Assembly: GCA_965248355.1 (NCBI GenBank)
Contig: OZ252098.1
Location: 4,000,001 to 4,064,000, forward strand
From: Candidatus Latescibacterota bacterium
GTDB lineage: Bacteria > Latescibacterota > UBA2968 > UBA8231
Reading direction: 5' to 3'
Length of the DNA stretch: 64,000 nucleotides
Below the pieces are notes generated by a model, which ran no database searches, was not told the origin of the DNA, and saw only the letters and a program-made list of their open reading frames with translations. A program made the translations under genes and the position numbers. Each line of letters begins with the position of its first letter. Positions within the stretch are counted from its first letter, which is position 1. Shown piece by piece: positions 32,362 through 41,212 of the stretch.

Positions 32362-33507
32362 CTAGATGTACCCGGTGGCGCCGTCGGGCCGCACCGGGCA
32401 GGTGCGCTGCCAGTGGACGTACTGGTCCCCGCTGACGGCGTCCTCGTTCACCTCCACCCCGAGGCCGGGGCGGTCGGGGCGCAGCTCGAGATACCCGTCC
32501 TTCGGCAGGTAGGGCTCGTCCACCCAGTCGTTCCAGTCGCTCTCGGTGGGCAGGATGTACTCGAGGATCTTGAAGTTGTGGCACGCCGCCGCGAAGTGGA
32601 CGTTGACCGCCGTGGCCAGCGGGCCCATGGGGTTGTGGGGCGCCACGGAGACGTAGTGGGCCTCGGCGATGGCGGCGATCTTGCGCATCTCCAGCAGCCC
32701 CCCGCAGATGCAGACGTCGGGCTGGATGATGTCGGCGCCGTTGGCGGCGATCAGGTCGAGGAACTCGAAGCGTCCGTAGAGGCTCTCGCCGGTGGCCAGG
32801 GGCACCCGCATCTGCTCGCGCAGGCGCTTCCACTGGGGGATGTGCTCGGGCCGCAGGGGCTCCTCGTAGAACAGGGGGTCGAAGGGCGCCAGGGCGTCGG
32901 CCAGCTGCAGGGCCCGCACGGGCTCGAAGATCTTGGCGTGGGGGTCGAAGGCGAACTCCCAGTCCTCCGGCGTGTGGGCGCGGATCTCCTCGAAGTAGCG
33001 GGCCGCGGCGGCGCAGACGCGGCCCCAGCGGTTGGTCTCGGGCGAGAGCAGGAAGGGGCCGGTCTTGAAGGCGGTGATTCCGTGCTCCTCGTTCAGCTTG
33101 TGGGCCTGCTCGGCCGCCTCCTGTCCGCAGCGGCCGCCGATGCCGCGGTAGACGCGCACCCGGTCGCGCACCGAGCCGCCGAGGAGCATGTACACGGGCA
33201 GCCCCGCCGCCTTGCCGGAGATGTCCCACAGGGCGTGGTCGAGGGCCGAGATCGCCGGCAGGCCGACCCCCCCCGGGGGGAAGCGGAACTCCTGCATCAG
33301 CTTCATCATGATGTACTCGATGCGGCGCGGGTCCTCGCCGCCGATCAGCTCGAAGAGGTAGTCGGCCACGGGCTTCACGGAGAGGTCGGGTCCGGTGGAG
33401 TAGGCCTCGCCCCACCCGTACAGGCCCTCGTCGGTCTCCACCTTGATCAGGGCGCGGGGGCGGTTGCCGAAGCGGGCGAGGAAGGTCTTGATGGCGGTGA
33501 TCTTCAC
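32362..33507 (-). CDS. Mandelate racemase/galactonate dehydratase family enolase-superfamily enzyme
   Basis: KITAIKT, ETDEG..GWGE, ALWDI.GK, DPH, EEP, TGE, QPD, APHNP. Confidence 0.9.
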   Translation of the reverse strand: MKITAIKTFLARFGNRPRALIKVETDEGLYGWGEAYSTGPDLSVKPVADYLFELIGGEDPRRIEYIMMKLMQEFRFPPGGVGLPAISALDHALWDISGKAAGLPVYMLLGGSVRDRVRVYRGIGGRCGQEAAEQAHKLNEEHGITAFKTGPFLLSPETNRWGRVCAAAARYFEEIRAHTPEDWEFAFDPHAKIFEPVRALQLADALAPFDPLFYEEPLRPEHIPQWKRLREQMRVPLATGESLYGRFEFLDLIAANGADIIQPDVCICGGLLEMRKIAAIAEAHYVSVAPHNPMGPLATAVNVHFAAACHNFKILEYILPTESDWNDWVDEPYLPKDGYLELRPDRPGLGVEVNEDAVSGDQYVHWQRTCPVRPDGATGYI

Positions 33508-33527
33508 GGGGTCCTCCGTGTCAGGGC

Positions 33528-34904
33528 TCAGGAGAAGAAGGTCGGACAGGCGCCGCCCTCGGCTTCGCGCCGAACCAGCAGCACCAGCTCCATGGTGTGG
33601 TAGTCGCCCCACATGCACGACTCGCCGCAGGGGATCCGGCGGCCCCGGGGCACGTGGTCCCAGGCGTTGGGGCGGTGGTAGAGGGCGTGCAGGGTGAGGC
33701 CCTGGTGCCGGCTCGAGGCGGCCAGGTAGGGCTCCTGCAGCAGGGCCGCGGCGATGGTGAAGGCGGCGGACCGGTAGCGTTCGCCGCGCCGCGTGGACCC
33801 CTTCCTGAGCAGGTGGTTGCCGAGGCGCAGGTACCCCTGGGCGCAGATCGCCGCGGCCGAGGCGTCGAGTGGCTCCACGTCGTTGAAGGGGTCGGAGGGC
33901 TGCTCGGCGTAGCGCCCGAAGGAGGCGACGCCGGGGGCGCCCGTGTCCCAGAAAGGCACGCCGTCGGCGAAGCTGTGCTCGATGTGGAACTCCGCCGCGG
34001 CCAGGGCCGCCTTCTCCATGACCGCCACCAGGTCCCGCTTCTTCACGCCGAAAGGCTGCAGCTGCGCCGGCCGCACGGTGCGGAAGAACTCGAGCAGCTC
34101 GGAGTAGCCGCACAGGATCCAGGACAGGCCGCGGGTCCAGGTGGTGAAGGGCGAGTACCCCTGCTGGGTGCTCGCGCAGCGGTACTGGCCGTCGGTGGTG
34201 TTGAAGATCGACTCGTGGGCGACGCGGCCGGAAACGTCCCAGTCGTCGCGGCCTTCTCCGTAGTAGACGTTGAAGCGGGCCGTGGTCAGGGCGTGCTCCA
34301 CGGCCCGGCCCAGGAGACTGATGGCCTGGTCGCCCTCGCCCATGAGCACGTGGCCGAGGCGGTCGGCCAGGCAGAGGATGCGCAGGGACCGGATCGTGTC
34401 GGAGAACAGGGAGTGGGGGCCGTTGAAGGAGGGGATGAAGCCCGTGCCGGCCGCGGTGGGCGTCCAGCGCGCCGCCTGCACGGCGCCGGAGAGCTTGATG
34501 GCCAGCTCGTAGAACTGCAGCTCCCGGGGGTCGTGGGGGATGCGGCCCTCGAGCATCAGCCGCCGCAGGTTGCCGTAGGTGGAGAGATTGTTGAACCCGT
34601 GGTCGTGGACGCCCACGTGGGAGACGTGGGGCGCCATGCGTTCCACGGTGCGGTCGCGGCCCAGCTCGAGGAAGCCCTCGTCGCCGGTCATGTCGAACTG
34701 CAGCAGGGCGCAGCCGTACTGAAAGCCCTGGGTCCACTCCGTCCAGCCGCGCGTGGTGTAGCGCCCGGCCCGCGTGTACACGGGGGCGCCGGCGGCCGGG
34801 TTCCAGCTGCGCTCGATGGAGAGGATCTTGGGGCCGCTGCAGTCCAGGAAGCGGTCGGTGGCGGGGGTCAGGCGCGCGGCGGTGAGGTCGGGATCGATCT
34901 TCAT
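33528..34904 (-). CDS. GH88-like unsaturated glucuronyl hydrolase
   Basis: WTEWTQGF, HDHGF, STQQGY, WTRG, DASAAAI, WGDY. Confidence 0.8.
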   Translation of the reverse strand: MKIDPDLTAARLTPATDRFLDCSGPKILSIERSWNPAAGAPVYTRAGRYTTRGWTEWTQGFQYGCALLQFDMTGDEGFLELGRDRTVERMAPHVSHVGVHDHGFNNLSTYGNLRRLMLEGRIPHDPRELQFYELAIKLSGAVQAARWTPTAAGTGFIPSFNGPHSLFSDTIRSLRILCLADRLGHVLMGEGDQAISLLGRAVEHALTTARFNVYYGEGRDDWDVSGRVAHESIFNTTDGQYRCASTQQGYSPFTTWTRGLSWILCGYSELLEFFRTVRPAQLQPFGVKKRDLVAVMEKAALAAAEFHIEHSFADGVPFWDTGAPGVASFGRYAEQPSDPFNDVEPLDASAAAICAQGYLRLGNHLLRKGSTRRGERYRSAAFTIAAALLQEPYLAASSRHQGLTLHALYHRPNAWDHVPRGRRIPCGESCMWGDYHTMELVLLVRREAEGGACPTFFS

Positions 34905-35029
34905 CGGGCGGTGGAAGATAGCCGCCTGCATCCGGCGTCGCACGCCCCCGCCGGACCCCGGCCCGGGCCTGCGGCGGCCGGAGGCCGCTCCGCTTGACAT
35001 CCGCCGCGCGCCGGGTGTGGTTTGCGCCC

Positions 35030-35266
35030 ATGGATCGACGGGACTTCCTGAGAGCCGTCTCCGCCGCCGGACTGGCCCTGGGCGCGGGCCCCGGCTGGGC
35101 CGCTTCCGGCCGGATGCCCCGCCGGCCCCTGGGCGCCGCCCTGGAGCCGCGCACCGCCGCCGAGGCCGGGCCCGAGCTGGCCACCTCCCTGGGCCGGCTG
35201 CGCACCGGCCGCCTCGACCTCTACCAGCTGCAGGCCCTGCTGTTCCGCTACCCGGACTGGTCCTGA
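35030..35266 (+). pseudogene. Tat-signal aldo/keto reductase remnant
   Basis: MDRRDFL Tat motif, MPRRPLG, then SLGRLRTGRLDLYQL (AKR SL.RL.TD.LDLYQLH); only 78 aa; TTGACA at 34994. Confidence 0.65.
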
Positions 35267-35274
35267 AGCCCGCC

Positions 35275-36909
35275 ATGAACGGCGCCGACGCCCTGGTGGC
35301 CGCTCTCCAGGCCCATGGCGTGACCTGGATCTCGACGCTCTGCGGCCACGGCCTCAACGAGATCTACGCCGCCTGCCGGCGCGCCGGCCTGCGCCTGGTG
35401 GACACCCGCAACGAGCAGACCGCGGCCTACGCCGCCGAGGCCTGGGGGCGCCTGAGCGGCGGCGTCGGCGTCTGCGCCGTCAGCTCGGGGGTGGCCCACG
35501 CCAACGCCCTGACCGGGGTCGTGAACGCCCACTTCGACGGCGCCCCCATGCTGCTGGTCACCGGCGCCGGGCCCCTGGACACGGCGGGCCAGGGGCACTT
35601 CCAGGACTTCGACCAGGTGGCCCTGGCGCAGCCCGTGTGCAAGTACGCCCGGGTCCTGGACCGCGCCGACCGCGTGCCCGAGTTCGTCCACGAGGCCCTG
35701 GCCGAGGCCCTCGCCGGCCGGCCGGGACCCGTCCACCTCACCTTTCCCATGGACGTGCAGACGGAGACTTTCTCCGAAAGTCTGGCGACCGCGCCCGCCG
35801 TCGCCGAGGACCGGCCCCCGTCGCCGTCGCCGGAGGCCGTGCGCCGGGCGGCGCAGCTGCTGGCGGCCAGCCGGCAACCCCTGATCGTGGCCGGCAGCGG
35901 CGTGTTCTACGGCGGCGCCGGCCGCGAGGTGGCCGACTTCGCCTCGGCCTGGGCCGTCCCCTGCGCCGTGCCCATCTGGGACCGCGGCTCCGTCGCCGAG
36001 GCGCGCCCGGAGTATCTCGGCGTCCTCGGCGCCGCCAGCGGCGGCCCCCGGCTGCTGGAGGACGCCGATCTCGTCCTCATGCTGGGGGCGGCCGCCGACT
36101 ACCGCGTGGGCTACCTCCAGTCGCCGCCCTTGCGGCCCGATGCCGCCGTGGTCCGCGTCGACGTCGACCCCGGCCGCCTGCACCACATGGGCCGCGCCGA
36201 CCTGTCGGTCCTGGCCGGCCCCGCCCCCTTCGTCGAAGCGCTGGGAGACGCCTGCGCCGCCGCCGGCACCGGCGGCTTCGAGGAGTGGCTGGCCGAGGTG
36301 CGCCGGCGGCGGGACACCTTCGACGCCTCCGTGCGGTCGGACCCCGGCGGCGGCGCCCTGCGCGACTCGGGTCTGGACGCCCTCGAGGTCTGCGAGGCCA
36401 TCGCTTCGGAGGTCCCGGAGGAGGCCGTGCTCATCGCCGACGGCGGCAATGTCGGCCAGTGGTTCCACCAGACCTTCGGGAGCCGCCGCTACCCCGGCAC
36501 CTGGCTCACCTGCGGCGCCAGCGGCGTCGTCGGCTACGGGGTCGGCGCCGCCATGGCGGCCCGTCTCGGATTCCCCCGCCGGCCGGTGGTCCTGCTCTCC
36601 GGGGACGGCGCCGCCACCTTCAACCTCACCGACCTGGAGTGCGCGGCGCGCCAGGGTCTGCCCTTCGTCATGATCGTGGCCGACGACGAGGCCTGGGGGA
36701 TCACGCTCTCCGGAGACCTGCGCGCCCACGGCGAGCCCATGAGCAGCGCTCTCGGCCCCTTCGACTTCGCCGGCCTGGCCGCGGCCTGCGGGGCCATCGG
36801 CGTCCGCGTCGAGGACGCCGATCACCTGCGCGAGGCCCTGCGGCGGGGCCTCGGTGAATCGCGGCCCGTGGTCCTGCACGCGCCCATCCGAGGAGGCATG
36901 CCCCAATGA
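35275..36909 (+). CDS. Thiamine-pyrophosphate-binding enzyme (acetolactate synthase-like family)
   Basis: RNEQTA, GRPGPVHL, GDG motif. Confidence 0.9.
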   Translation: MNGADALVAALQAHGVTWISTLCGHGLNEIYAACRRAGLRLVDTRNEQTAAYAAEAWGRLSGGVGVCAVSSGVAHANALTGVVNAHFDGAPMLLVTGAGPLDTAGQGHFQDFDQVALAQPVCKYARVLDRADRVPEFVHEALAEALAGRPGPVHLTFPMDVQTETFSESLATAPAVAEDRPPSPSPEAVRRAAQLLAASRQPLIVAGSGVFYGGAGREVADFASAWAVPCAVPIWDRGSVAEARPEYLGVLGAASGGPRLLEDADLVLMLGAAADYRVGYLQSPPLRPDAAVVRVDVDPGRLHHMGRADLSVLAGPAPFVEALGDACAAAGTGGFEEWLAEVRRRRDTFDASVRSDPGGGALRDSGLDALEVCEAIASEVPEEAVLIADGGNVGQWFHQTFGSRRYPGTWLTCGASGVVGYGVGAAMAARLGFPRRPVVLLSGDGAATFNLTDLECAARQGLPFVMIVADDEAWGITLSGDLRAHGEPMSSALGPFDFAGLAAACGAIGVRVEDADHLREALRRGLGESRPVVLHAPIRGGMPQ

Positions 36910-37562
36910 CACGGACGACCCACCCCGACCTGGAGAGCTACCGCCTCGACCTGTTCGTCGAGGAGGACGAGGTCCTGCGGAGCGTCATGCCCGAGGCCAC
37001 GGCGGCCGGAATCCCCGGCATCTCGGTCAGCGCCGACGCCGGCAAGATGCTCCACCTGCTGGCCCGCGCCGTGAACGCGCGCCGGATCCTGGAGTTCGGA
37101 TCCCTGGCCGGGTACTCGGGCATCTGGCTGGCCCGGGCCCTGCCGCCCGGAGGCCGCCTCATCAGCCTCGAGGTGGACGGGAAGCACGCCGCCGTGACGC
37201 GGCGCAACTTCGAGCGAGCCGGCGTCGGCGACCGCGCCGAGGTCCGCCTCGGACCGGCCCTTCAGACCATGGCCTCGGTGGCCGGCGAGGGGCCCTTCGA
37301 CCTGGCCTTCATCGACGCCGACAAGGAGAACTACCCCGGCTACCTGGACTTCTCCCTCCGGCACGTGCGCGAGGGCGGCCTGATCGTCGCCGACAACGCC
37401 AACGGCCACGGCCACGCCCACGAGGTGCTGGAGCCGGGCGACGGCCGCCGCGGCATCCAGACCTACAACCGGCGGGTCGCCGGGGATCCGCGGCTGGTGT
37501 CGCACATCATCCCCGTGGGGGGATGGCTGGCGGTATCGGTGGTCGGCGGGTCGGAGGAATGA
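36906..37562 (+). CDS. O-methyltransferase (COMT/CCoAOMT-like)
   Basis: LEFGSLAGYS, FDLAFIDADKENY, ADN. Confidence 0.92.
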   Translation: MTRTTHPDLESYRLDLFVEEDEVLRSVMPEATAAGIPGISVSADAGKMLHLLARAVNARRILEFGSLAGYSGIWLARALPPGGRLISLEVDGKHAAVTRRNFERAGVGDRAEVRLGPALQTMASVAGEGPFDLAFIDADKENYPGYLDFSLRHVREGGLIVADNANGHGHAHEVLEPGDGRRGIQTYNRRVAGDPRLVSHIIPVGGWLAVSVVGGSEE

Positions 37563-37578
37563 AGGCCGGCGCGGGGCC

Positions 37579-38475
37579 TCAGTACAGGGTGCGGTACAGC
37601 CGCTGGGGATAGTCGGCCACGGCGGGGTGCTGGCGCCCCAGCAGGTGGAAGACGGAGACCATGGCGTCCTTGGCGGCGCCGCCCTTGAAGTTGCGGTCCT
37701 TCTCCACCACCGCGAACCACTCGCGCAGGGCGCTCTCGTAGTCGCTGGCGGCGGCGCAGCAGCAGCCGACCAGGTAGCGGGCTTCCACGTCGTCGGGCGA
37801 CGCGAGCAGCCGCTCGGCGCAGGCCCGGGGCCCGCCGGCGCTCTCGCAGGCGGCGCCCAGCTCCAGGTGGTGGAGCAGCGCCCGGCCCTGCTCCCACTCC
37901 GCCGTACCCTCCTCGATGCGGTCCACCAGGCTGCGGACGGCCTCCTCGCCGGCGTCCTGCATCAGGCGCACGCGGGCCAGCCCCAGCAGGCCGGCGCCGC
38001 TGGTCTCGTCGTCGCGCAGGACCTCGGAGAACAGGCGCTCCGCGGAGGCCACGTCGCCCATCTCGAGCTGCTGCCGGGCGGCGTCGGCCAGGTCCCCCAT
38101 CTCCTGGGCCGGCGTCGGCGGCGCCTCCGGCACGTGCCGGCGCAGGATCTCCTCCACCTGCTCCCGGGGCAGGGCGCCGGTGAACTCGTCGGCGAGCTGG
38201 CCGTCCTTGACGATCTTGACGGCCGGGATGCTCTGCACCCGGAAGGCCGTGGCCAGGTCCTGGTTGGCGTCGATGTCGATCTTGGCCAGCACCACACCCG
38301 GGCCCAGGGCGGTCACCACGTCTTCGAGGATCGGGCCCAGGGTCTTGCAGGGTCCGCACCACTCGGCCCAGAAATCGACGACGATGAGCTTGTCGCGCGA
38401 TCCCTGGAGGACGACCTGCTCGAAGTTGGTGGCGTCGACCTCGACGACGCTGCCCGCGGAGGGCTGGATCTCCAT
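37579..38475 (-). CDS. Thioredoxin-TPR chaperedoxin (YbbN/CnoX family)
   Basis: DFWAEWCGPCK followed by TPR-like helices and R.LY C-terminus. Confidence 0.9.
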   Translation of the reverse strand: MEIQPSAGSVVEVDATNFEQVVLQGSRDKLIVVDFWAEWCGPCKTLGPILEDVVTALGPGVVLAKIDIDANQDLATAFRVQSIPAVKIVKDGQLADEFTGALPREQVEEILRRHVPEAPPTPAQEMGDLADAARQQLEMGDVASAERLFSEVLRDDETSGAGLLGLARVRLMQDAGEEAVRSLVDRIEEGTAEWEQGRALLHHLELGAACESAGGPRACAERLLASPDDVEARYLVGCCCAAASDYESALREWFAVVEKDRNFKGGAAKDAMVSVFHLLGRQHPAVADYPQRLYRTLY

Positions 38476-38501
38476 GCTGTGCTCCTTCGTTTTCCCTCGA
38501 T

Positions 38502-39551
38502 CTACTGCGCCCGGCCCCGTCCCGCCACGGGCCACTCGTCGATCACCCGGCCGTCCTTCAGGACGAAGAGCCGGTCGTGCAGGTTGGTGGTCATGCCGCC
38601 GTGGAGGGGGATCCAGGAGAGGATCTGGCCGACCGGGAATCTATGGCCGGAGGCGGTGATGTCCACGTGGCCGTGCTCCACCGACATCCCCTTGAGGTGG
38701 ACCTCGGGATGCTCGAGGCAGTAGCCGTAGGGCATGGGCGGATAGCTGGTGAAGGCCTTCATCCCGGCGTCGATCACGGCCTGGCCCGGGACGGAGTTGG
38801 AGACCACGGTCGTCACCAGGCGCAGGGGGCAGCGCCCGGGGTCGAGGTCCTCCCGGCGGCCGACGCGGGTCATGCCCTCCCAGGCGTAGGAGCCGATGCG
38901 CGTCTCGGTGCAGCCGATCGCCTTGGAGACCTCCTCGCTGCCGGTGCCGCCGCCGCTGACCATGTGCAGGGGCAGGCCGGCGGCATCGATCAGCCGGCGC
39001 ACCTCGTCGAGGAAGGGCCGGGCCCCCTCGCGGCTGGGATAGGTCATGACGCCGAGGAACTCGGTCCCCGGAAGGCTGTCGATCCGACGGGCCAGCTCCA
39101 GCGTCTCCCCGGGCGACTGCACGCCCACCCGGCCGCCCCCCGTGTCCATCTCGATGATCACCCTCACCTTGCAGCCCGCCGCGGCGGCGGCGGCCGAGAG
39201 GCCCTCCACGGTGGCCGCCGAGTCAGCGGCCACGGTAAGCGTCGTGCGGCCCGGTTTCACCAGCTCCGTGAGCCGCCGCAGCTTGGGGGCGCCGACGATG
39301 TTGTAGGGGATCAGGATGTCCTCGATGCCGCCCTCGGCCATGGCCTCGGCCTCGCCCAGTTTCTGGGCCACGATGCCCACGGCTCCGGCGTCGATCTGCC
39401 TGCGGGCGATGGCCGGGGTCTTGTGGGTCTTGGTGTGCACCCGCAGTCCGATCTCCAGGGCGTCGCAGGCGGCCTGGAGCTGGGTGATGTTGCGGTCGAG
39501 GACGTCGAGGTCGACGCCCAGGGCGGGGGTGTCCAGCTCGGTGTAGTGCAC
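38502..39551 (-). CDS. PLP-dependent DSD1/D-threonine aldolase (alanine racemase fold) family enzyme
   Basis: LDTPAL, R.HTKTHK, SGGGT, DAG.K, SVEHG. Confidence 0.88.
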   Translation of the reverse strand: MHYTELDTPALGVDLDVLDRNITQLQAACDALEIGLRVHTKTHKTPAIARRQIDAGAVGIVAQKLGEAEAMAEGGIEDILIPYNIVGAPKLRRLTELVKPGRTTLTVAADSAATVEGLSAAAAAAGCKVRVIIEMDTGGGRVGVQSPGETLELARRIDSLPGTEFLGVMTYPSREGARPFLDEVRRLIDAAGLPLHMVSGGGTGSEEVSKAIGCTETRIGSYAWEGMTRVGRREDLDPGRCPLRLVTTVVSNSVPGQAVIDAGMKAFTSYPPMPYGYCLEHPEVHLKGMSVEHGHVDITASGHRFPVGQILSWIPLHGGMTTNLHDRLFVLKDGRVIDEWPVAGRGRAQ

Positions 39552-39553
39552 GC

Positions 39554-40639
39554 TCAGCTCCTCAGCTCTTTGAACAGTTCGAGATAGCGGTACGAGGTCG
39601 TGTCCCAGCCGTACTCCCGGCGGCAGTACCGGAGGGCCGCCTCGCCGGCGGTGCGGCGTTCTTCCGGGGTCAGATCGTAGTAGGCGTGCACGGCGCCGGC
39701 AAAGGCCTGGTAGTCGCCGGCCGGCACCAGCCATCCGCCCTCGCGGACGGCTTCCACCAGGGCGTCCACGGCAAAGGCGACCACGGGGGTGCCCAGGTAC
39801 ATCGCCTCCAGCGGCGCGATGCCGTAGCCCTCCACGTCCCCCTCGGTGGGCACGTTGGGCATGAGGAACAGGTCGCAGTGCCGCCGCAGCATGGAGCAGG
39901 TCTCGTCGTCGAGGGCGCCGAGGAGCAGGACGCGCCCGGGGTCCTCGAGGCGCTCGCGGGCCTCGCGCACGAGCCCGGCGTCGGGACCGTCGCCGACGAT
40001 GAGGAGGCGCAGGCCGCAATCGAGCAGCGGCACGCCGCGCTCGACGAACCGGGCCACCCCCTTGCGCGGCACCATGCGCCCCAGGTTCAGCAGCAGGCGG
40101 TCGCGGCCGAAGGCGACGCCGTGCTCCGCCTCGAAGGCGCGGCGCAGCTCCTCGTCGCGCTCGGGAGTCACCTCCGCCGGCTCGGCGCCCAGGTGGATGA
40201 GGCGCATGCGTGCCTCCGGTACGCCCCAGGCCTCGGCGGCGATGCGCATGGAGTTGGCGCTGATGACGGCGATGCCCTGGCAGCGCCGGACCCCGGCCCG
40301 CATCAGGGCCCGCGCCCAGCGGTTTCGGAAGGTCATCTCCAGTCCGAAGAGGGTGCAGCAGAACCGGGACCGGCCGCGCAGGGGCGCCAGGCTCCGGGCC
40401 AGGGAGGCGGTGACGCCGTCGCCGAAATAGACCAGGTCCACCCGGCGCGCCAGGAGCGCCAAGGCCGCCCTCAGCCACGCCCACGGCAGGAACCAGGCCA
40501 GGTGCAGGATCGACTCCCGTCCCAGCGTCACCCGGATCACCGGCAGGCGCTGGCTCAGGTAGGCGAAGAGCTTGAAAGCGTGGGTCTGGGCCCCGCCGCG
40601 GGAGGGCGGATAGCGGCGGGCGAGGAAGAGGATCCGCAT
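39554..40639 (-). CDS. Glycosyltransferase family 4
   Basis: YPP..GG, GRMVPRKG, EGYGIAPLEAM. Confidence 0.92.
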   Translation of the reverse strand: MRILFLARRYPPSRGGAQTHAFKLFAYLSQRLPVIRVTLGRESILHLAWFLPWAWLRAALALLARRVDLVYFGDGVTASLARSLAPLRGRSRFCCTLFGLEMTFRNRWARALMRAGVRRCQGIAVISANSMRIAAEAWGVPEARMRLIHLGAEPAEVTPERDEELRRAFEAEHGVAFGRDRLLLNLGRMVPRKGVARFVERGVPLLDCGLRLLIVGDGPDAGLVREARERLEDPGRVLLLGALDDETCSMLRRHCDLFLMPNVPTEGDVEGYGIAPLEAMYLGTPVVAFAVDALVEAVREGGWLVPAGDYQAFAGAVHAYYDLTPEERRTAGEAALRYCRREYGWDTTSYRYLELFKELRS

Positions 40640-40674
40640 CTGTCGAGAAGGCTCCGGGCGACGCCGGCGGCAGC

Positions 40675-40704
40675 TTGACACCCTCCGGCGGAGAGGGCTA
40701 TAAC
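40675..40704 (+). promoter_or_regulatory. Putative sigma70 promoter
   Basis: TTGACA-N18-TATAAC. Confidence 0.65.
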
Positions 40705-40743
40705 ATTCGCCCCTTTCGTCGTTCCCGGAAAGAAAGAAGCTCC

Positions 40744-41212
40744 ATGGAGGCCAGGGCATGCGCGGCGGAGCTGGCGGGGACCTTCACCCTCGTCTTCATC
40801 GGCGCCGGAGCCGTCGCCGTTGGCGTCGGCGGCATCCTGCGGCTTCACCGACTCCCTGGGCGCCACCCTGCCCGCCCCGGGCGTCAGCCACGCCCAAACC
40901 CTCGTTCTGGAGGCGATCCTCACCTTCATGCTCGTCACCGCCATCCTCAACACCGCCGTGAGCGGCAAAGGCGGCGACTTGGCGCCGTTCGCCATCGGCC
41001 TCACCTTGATCTTCTGCATCCTCATGGGCGGGCCTCTCACCGGCGCCTCCCTGAACCCGGCCCGCACCCTGGGGCCGGGCCTGTTCACGAACACGCTGAA
41101 CGTGTTCTGGGTCTACCTCGCGGGCACCTTCCTCGGAGCCGCCCTCGCCGGAGGGCTCTACCGGGGGATGCCCAGGTCGTCCGAGCCCCTTTCCAAGGGA
41201 GATCAGACGTGA
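40744..41212 (+). pseudogene. Aquaporin/MIP with internal deletion and frameshift
   Basis: AELAGTFTLVFIGAG (TM1), then second half in another frame with GASLNPART; first NPA loop absent. Confidence 0.85.
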
